DNA from: Heptranchias perlo
Lineage: Eukaryota
NCBI RefSeq assembly: GCF_035084215.1
Contig: NW_027139442.1
Coordinates: 10,478,001-10,542,000 of the forward strand
Reading direction: 5' to 3'
DNA length: 64,000 nucleotides
The notes beneath the pieces were generated by a model that was not told the DNA's origin, searched no databases, and saw only the letters and a program-made list of their open reading frames with translations. Made by a program: the position numbers and the translations under genes. The first letter of the stretch is position 1, and each line of letters opens with the position of its first letter. Below, one piece after another: positions 56,417 through 64,000 of the stretch.

Positions 56417-56549
56417 TGCGGATGGACTCACTGATCTGTACTGTGGATACAGGACACAATTGCCCGGATTAGTGAAATTAATTGATTTTCTGAAGTTTTT
56501 CCCTCTGCCGATTCCCGTTCCTTATTTAAATTATGTCGGATTAACCTTT

Positions 56550-56645
56550 CTGATCTATAGAAGGGTCATTGACCTGAACCGTTAACCCGAGCTTCCCTTT
56601 TCCACAGATGCTGCCGGACCTGCTGAGTCTTTCCAGCATTTTCGG
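56550..56645 (+). mobile_element. Second copy of the decayed Penelope-type/hammerhead relic
   Basis: ctga(tctata)gaagggtcattgacctgaaccgttaac...cacagatgctgccggacctgctgag. Confidence 0.5.
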
Positions 56646-57019
56646 TTTTCATTTTTTCTATATTTTATCCCTTTCACTTTTGACGGTCGCCATTGAAACT
56701 TCCAGATTTGCGCTCGGTTTTTATTTTTGTTTCAGTTCGGTTTATTTGAATTAATATAAATCGTGTCCTGAGAAATCGGACAGAAATATTGAGCAATGTA
56801 TACTGAAATATGCTGGGGCAATTTTCAAACGACCAAACAAAAACTTTATTAAGAATCAATTGTCTAATTTTTCACTGACAAAATATGAAAAAATACGAGA
56901 GTAGAAGTTTAAGAGAGAAACTATTTCCTCACATTGCACATTGTCCTGAATCTGTAACAACGAAGATAATGTGAATTTGTTCCACTCTGTTACAGTTCTC
57001 ACTTATGGCCAGTAGATGT

Positions 57020-59300
57020 CAGACTGTATGAGAGTGTGGGATTAATTCTGTCTGTCAGTCAGCATTTGAGTGTGATATTCATTCTTTATCGGTCAGTCTC
57101 CAGTACAGTCTGTGAGTGCGGGATTCATTCTGTATCTGTCACTCTCTGGTGCTATCTGTGAGTGTGATATTAATTCTGTATCCGTCAGTCTCCAGTACAG
57201 TCTGTGAGTGTGGGATTCATTCTGTATCTGTCAGTCTCTGGTGCTATCTGTGAGTGTGGGATTAATTCTGTATCTGTCAGTCTCTGGTACCGTGTGTGAG
57301 TGTGGGATTCATTCTGTATCTGTCAGTCTCTGGTACTGTGTGTGAGTGTGGGATTCATTCTGTATCTGCCAAACTCAGGTACTGCTTGTGAGTGTGGGAT
57401 TCATTCTGTATCTGTCAGTCTCTGGTACTGTGTGTGAGATTCATTCTGTATCTGCCAATCTCAGGTACTGTGTGTGAGTGTGGGATTCATTCTGTATCTG
57501 TCAGTCTCTGGTGCTATCTGTGAGTGTGGGATTAATTCTGTATCTGTCAGTCTCTGGTACCGTGTGTGAGTGTGGGATTCATTCTGTATCTGTCAGTCTC
57601 TGGTACTGTGTGTGAGTGTGGGATTCATTCTGTATCTGTCAGTCTCTGGTGCTGCAGGTGAGTGTGGGTTTCATTCTGTATCTGTCAGACTCTGGTACTG
57701 TATGTGAGTGTGAGATTCATTCTGTATCTGTCATTCTCTGGTACTGTATGTGAGTGTGAGATTCATTCTGGATCTGTCAGTCTCTGATACTGTCTGTGAA
57801 TTTGAGATACATTCTGTATCTGTCAGTCTCTGGTACTGTGTGTGAGTGTGGGATTCAATCTGTATCTGTTAGACTCTGGTACCTTATGTGAGTGTGAGAT
57901 TCATTCTGTATCTGTCAATCTCTGGTTCTATCTGTGAGTGTGGGATTCAATCTGTGACTGTCAGTCTCTGGTATTTTATCTCAGTTGGGGATTCATTGCG
58001 TAACTCAATCTCTGGGCAAATTGCAAGTCTGGATTCGTTCTGTAGTCTTATTTCATGTTACAGTATGGTGCTTGAAACTGTTTCTTTAATTCATTAACGT
58101 AAACAAATCTTTTGTGTGGCATTAATTTGCAAATATGGATACACTTTTGGATTTTGTTTCAATCTAACAACGTGTGTGAATTTTGTTGTAGGATTACATC
58201 TTCATCTCTGAAGATAATGTACATTTCAATCTTATACTGTGAAATTATTGCACTGCCATTTATTGTGTAGCTCAGTCTGGGCGAATGGAATTGATATTGT
58301 ATCTTTCAGTCTGAAACTGTATGAGATTTTTAGACTGGTATGTAATCTGTGGTTCTGTCTGTACTAATGGAATTGACACTCTAACTTTCAGTCAGACACT
58401 GCAAGAGATTTTTGGACTGATTTGTAATGTGTAGCTTTGTCTACACTAATAGGTTTCATACTGTATGTTTTAGTATGATAACGTATGAGATTTTTGGACG
58501 GTATATAATGTGTAGTTCAGTCTGCACTAATGGAATTCATACTGTACCTTCCAGTCTGATACTGTGTAATATATTTAGGCTGGTTTGTAAGGTGTCGTTC
58601 ACTCTTCACTAATGGAATTGATACTGTATCTTTCAGTTTGACACTGAATGTGACTTTTGGACTGGTATCTAATGTGAACCTCAGTCTGCACTAATGGGAT
58701 TGATACTGTATCTTGCAGTCTGATACCGTGTGAGATATTTGTACTGGTATATTGCTTGTAGATCAGTCTGTACTAATCAAATCGATAGTTTATACCTCAG
58801 TATGATACTGTACGTGATTTTTAGACAAGTATCTAATGTAAACCTCTGTCTGCAGTAAAGGAATTGATACTGTGCCTTTCAGTTTGACACAATGAGATTT
58901 TTGGACAGGTAACTAATGTGTACCTCAGCCTGCACTAATGGGATTGATACTGTATCTTCCAGTACGAGACTCTATGTGAATTTTGGACTGGTATATAATG
59001 TGTAGCTCAATCTGCACTGATGGAATTGATTCTGTATTTTTCAACCTGACACTGAGATTTTTGGACTTGTATGTGACGTGTAGCTCAGTCTGCACTAATG
59101 GGATTGATACTGTATCTTTCAGTCTCATACTATATGAGAATTTTGGACTGGTATCTAATGTGTACCTCAGTCTGCAGTAAAGGAATTGAAATGGACATTT
59201 CATTCTGACACTATGAGGTTTTTGGACAAATATGTGAGTCAAATTTGGGTAACATCTGAACTGGTATCTAATGTCTATCTCAGTGTACAATGTGGTCATG
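57020..59300 (-). repeat. 46-bp satellite array (57020-58020), then an 82-bp array
   Basis: Tandem ctgtcagtctctggtactgtgtgtgagtgtgggattcattctgtat. Expanded relative to the paralog at 30470. Confidence 0.93.
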
Positions 59301-60989
59301 AATACTGCATCTTTAAACTCATAATGTGTGTGAGTTGTGGGCTGGTATTTAATTTGAATCTCGGGGTACACTATTGTGATTCATTCTGTACCTATCAATC
59401 GGTCCCATGTGTCAGGTCCATCTGGGATTTAATTTGTAGCTAAGGCTGAACTAATGTGAGATTGACACAGTGCCTTTCAATCTGATAGTGGGTGTGATTT
59501 TGGACTGGGAATTATTTATCTGCCGGTCAGCGGTACTGAGTTGTTGTGAAATGGAAATTCCGTCTGTCTCTCCTGCTCTGTTTGACTGTTGGATTGGGAT
59601 CAATGTGGGACTGACTATTTCTGCTGTCTGAGACTGTGGGACTGGTGACCTGTCTGTGTCTCTGTGCTTTGTGAGTGATAATGTACCTACTGTGTGTGAG
59701 AAGGAGCTGGCTGCACTGCTCCTTGTGCCTCGGGTGGAGTAAACATCAGACTGATTCTGGGTCCTTCAAGGATTTGCCTGGAGGAAGAAAAAATATCGCT
59801 TGTAACTTAACAACAGGTGAAGTAGAAAATACAAAAGTGATCAATTGAATCTCTCTGTTAATAATCACGATAACATCCACAAATGGAAACCAGCGATACA
59901 AACAGTGTCAGTGTCTGACGCCACGACAGTACTGCATCACTCAGCTTCTGCACACCAGGTGTGTTGGGCTGTTTTACAACAATTTAATGACATCCAGACA
60001 GAACCCAGCCCCTGCACTGATCCATGAATGGGACTACCCGATGGGGCGGGGACATTTGTACAGGTCATGTTTCTAATCCCCTCTCCCATGGGACTAACCA
60101 TTAAACCGAAACAACACAGCCACTATTTAAAATGTGTCCTTCACACTTCTCACCTGATGCCTGCAATAGATGCTCTTTTTATAACTCCCCATATCCTTAC
60201 TGTTCGGTTCTGTTCACTGTTCAATAACAAACACTAAAATTTAATGGGCAGGTATGAAAAATCAGATTTTATTGCTGCCACCAATTGCAAACACGCTCAC
60301 ACTACACATTATCCGGTTTCAACAATTTGGACCGAAATGTTGCGGTTCTGCTTCTTTCCAGTAGATGTCCCCAAGCCCCGCGACATTGAAGTTTGCAGAT
60401 GAGAGAGGGACAGAAGATAAACTCATTCTTCACATTGTATTGCACGAGTGAGATTTAGAAAGACTAGTAATGGAGACGTGCTGCAAGTACATTTTGTTAG
60501 ACCAAACACTATTTGTAATGCTGTGTTAAATTCTTCTAATTAATTTAGGGGGTATTGTCGATACTGAGGAAGAATGTGACAAAATAAACTTACAGAACGG
60601 CCGTGTAAATGGCCATTGAATTTCAATATAGAAAGTTGTGAGGTGGTGCGTTTCACTTGGGGGAATAAGGACGCCATATACTGCTTGGAAAAGAAGAGTC
60701 TAAACGGGGTGGAGGAGCAATGTAAATCGTGTCCTGAGAAATCAGAGAGAAATACTGTGCAATGTAAAGTGAAATATAATGGGGCAAATTCACAACTATC
60801 GAATGAGTAAAACAATATCTTATTATGAATCACTTGTCTTCATTTTTCACTGTCATAATATGCAAAAATACGAGAGTAATAGTTGCAGACGGAGACTTTC
60901 CTCACATTGCTTTGTCCTGTTTCTGTAACCATGACAAATGATGTGAATTTGTCCCCCTCTTTTACAGTTCTCGCTTACGTCCAGTAGAG

Positions 60990-62760
60990 GTCAGTCTCAG
61001 GTACTGTGTACGAGAGTGGGGTTTATTCTCTGCATGTCTGACTCTGGGACTGTGCGTGAGTTTGGGATTCATTCTGTATCTATCAGTCTCCACTACTGAG
61101 TGTGAGCGTAGGGTATATTCTGCATCTGTCAGTCGAAGGTACTGTTTTCAGTGATGGATTCATTCTGTGTCTGTCTTTCTCTAGCACCTGTCAGTCTCTG
61201 GTACGATCTGTGAGTGTTGGATACATTATGTATCTGCCATTTTCTGCTATTTTATCTCAGTGTGGGATTCATTCTGTAATTCGGTCTCTGAGAAAATGTG
61301 CAAGTCTGTATTCATTCTTTATTCTTATTTCAGATTACAGTATCGGAATTTGAAACTGTATTTTTAATACTTTAAAGTATATACAGTTCTTCGAGTATTT
61401 AATTTGTTAATATGGATACACTTTTCGATTTTCTTTAATCAAACAACGGGTGTGAGTTTTGGAGTTGTGTTACATCTTAATCTCTGAACTTTATTGTGAA
61501 TGATAATGTACTTTTCAGTCTGTTTATGTTGAAATTAATGGACTGGTATGTAATGTGTAGATCAGTCTGCAATAATGGGATTAAGTCTGTATCTGAGTCT
61601 AAAACTGTATGAGATTTTTGGACTGGTATGTAATATGTAGCTCATCCTGCACTAAAGGAATTGATACTGTATCTATCAGTCTGATATTGTATGAGATTTT
61701 TGGACTGGAATGTGATGTGCAGCTCAGTCTTCAATAATGGAAGTGATATTGAATCATTCAATCTGATACTCTATGAGATTTTTGGACTGGTGAGTAACAT
61801 ATAGTTCAGTCTGTGCTAATGAATTTGATGTTGTATCTTTGAGTCTGATACATTATGAGATTCTTGGACTGCTGTATGATGTGTGGCTCAGTCTGCACTC
61901 ACGGAATCGATAATCTCTCTTTCAGTCTAATATTTTATGGGATTTTCAGTCTGGGATGTAATCTACAGGTCAGGCAGTGCTAATAATATTGAAGCTGTAT
62001 CTTCCAGTCTGATCATTTATGAGGTTTTTGGACTAGTATGTATTGTGTAGCTCAGTCTGTACCAAAGGTATTGATAATGTTTATTTCAGTATAATAATCT
62101 ATGAGTATTTACCAATATATCTAATATGTAGCTCAGTCTGCACTAATGGAATTGATACAGTATCTTTCAATCTGACACTTTGAGATCTTTGGACTGGTAT
62201 GCAATGTGTAACTCAGTCTGCAGTAATGTGACTGTGACATTCATTCTGTATCTGTCAGTTTGTGGTACTGTGTGTGAGTGAGATTCATTCTGTATCTGTC
62301 ATCTCTGGTACTGTGTGTGAATGTGGGATTCATTCTGTATCTGTGCGTCTCTGTACTGTATCTGAGTGTGAGATTCATTCTGTATCTGTATCTAATTATT
62401 TTCTCCGATTACATTATGGTATTCAATACTGTACTTTAATATCATAATGTTTAAATAATTTTTCTCATTATTTAATTGGTAAATTTGGATAAACTTCAGG
62501 ATTTGATGCTGGAGGTTTTAATCAGATAATTTGTGTGCTTTTGGACTACTATTAAATCTGTATCTCTGTGAGTAATATTGTGAATGATAATATATCTTTC
62601 AAACTGACATGGTGACATTTTTGAATTGCTAAATAATGTGTAGATCAGTCTGCACTAAAGGAATTGATACTGCATTATTAAATTTTATTTTATAACATTT
62701 TTGGACTGGTATCTAATGTGTATCTCAGTCTGTGCTAATAGAATTGATACTGTATCTTTA
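60990..62760 (-). repeat. 46-bp and 82-bp satellite block
   Basis: 82-bp period from 61621 to 61703. Paralog of 34025-37900. Confidence 0.9.
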
Positions 62761-64000
62761 AATCTCATACTATGAGTATATTATAAACTGGTATCTAATT
62801 TGTTTCTCAGGTTACACTGTCACCGCATTTCTCAATCTGATACTGTACATGAGTTTTGGACTGGCAATTTGTATTCGAATGGTACACTATTCGAATGGAT
62901 GCTGCATGCATTAAACTCACGTGTGTGTGAGAGTTCTGAACCAGTATTCAATTGGAATCTCGGGGTATCTGGTATTTAATTCATGGCTAATGTTGCCCTT
63001 TTGTGAATTTGACAATCTGAAAGCGAGACTTTGGACTGGGATTTTTGTATCTACCTGTCAGCGGGACTGAGTTTGGGAGAAATGGAACAGTGTCTGCCTC
63101 ACCTCCTCTGTTTGACTGTTGGATTGAAAATGTGTCTCTGGAACTTTGGGATCAGTGTGGGACTGACTACTTCTGCTGTCTGAGACTGTGGAACTGATGA
63201 GCTGTCTGTGTCTCCGTGCTCTGTGAGTGATAATATACATACTGTGTGTGATAAGGAGTTGGCAGCACTGTTCCTTTGCCTCGGGTGGACGAAATTTCAC
63301 ATTTGTTCTGGCTCCTTCAAGGGTTTGCCTGTAAAAAGAAACATATCTGTTGTAACTCAAGAACAGGTGAGGTGGAAAATACAAAACTGATCAGTTTAAT
63401 ATCTGTTAATAATTATTTTGAATATCCAAAAATGAAAACCAGCGATACAAACAGTATCAGTATCTGACTCCACTGCAGTACTGCAGCACTCAGCTTCTGC
63501 GCACCAGGTGTGTTGGGCTGCTTTATAACAATTTAGAGAAATCCAGACACAACCCAACCCCTGCACTGATCCATGAATGGGACTACGTGATGTGCGGGTC
63601 AGGTTACCAATCTCCTCACCCAGGGGACTAACCGTTCAACTGAAACCAAACAGCCGTTGTTTAAAATGTGTCCTTCACACTTCTCAACTGAGGCCTGCAA
63701 TAATATGCTCTTTGTATAACTCCCCACATCCTTACTGTCCGGCTCTGTTTCCACTCTTCACTGTCCAATAACAACAAACAGGGTGAGGCTGGAACGAAAC
63801 CAGGAACATTCACTGCTGGTTTGGGGAGAGAAAGCATCAATGATTTTAAATAGTAGGTTCTTACCATTCTGTCTACCTTCCCCTGGACACACGCTGTACA
63901 CACACAGCCCGAGAATGACCTCTCCCTTCCACCGCTCACTCCATGTTCCGGGACCAGTTCCTGATCCACTCCGCCTCTTACAAAACAGCCCCCGGACTCC

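Overview
Eukaryotic genomic DNA, most likely from a cartilaginous fish such as a shark (inferred from the style of the CR1 3' tails, the C2H2 gene and the histone sequences). The window holds a 13-finger C2H2 zinc-finger gene with a CpG-island promoter, followed by a replication-dependent histone cluster built from segmental duplications. It has 10 histone loci. Six have intact ORFs and promoters: H2A x2, H2B x2, H4 and H3.2. One H2A keeps its ORF but is cut off from its promoter. The other three (H2A, H2B, H4) are broken. All 10 have 3' stem-loops, and no H1 is present. Interspersed are tRNA-Gly(TCC) relics, 46-bp and 82-bp satellites, minisatellites, a hAT-Charlie remnant, old CR1/L2 fragments and two young, near-identical CR1 LINEs. 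The strongest signal is three independent, TSD-flanked insertions of a small Penelope-like terminal repeat carrying a covarying minimal hammerhead ribozyme. One disrupts an H2B CDS and one forms a perfect 69-bp inverted repeat. The third appears to have carried about 190 bp of host H4-H3 intergenic sequence into an H2A 5'UTR and was then hit by a full-length CR1. All calls were made by eye, with no database search, and repeat boundaries are approximate.
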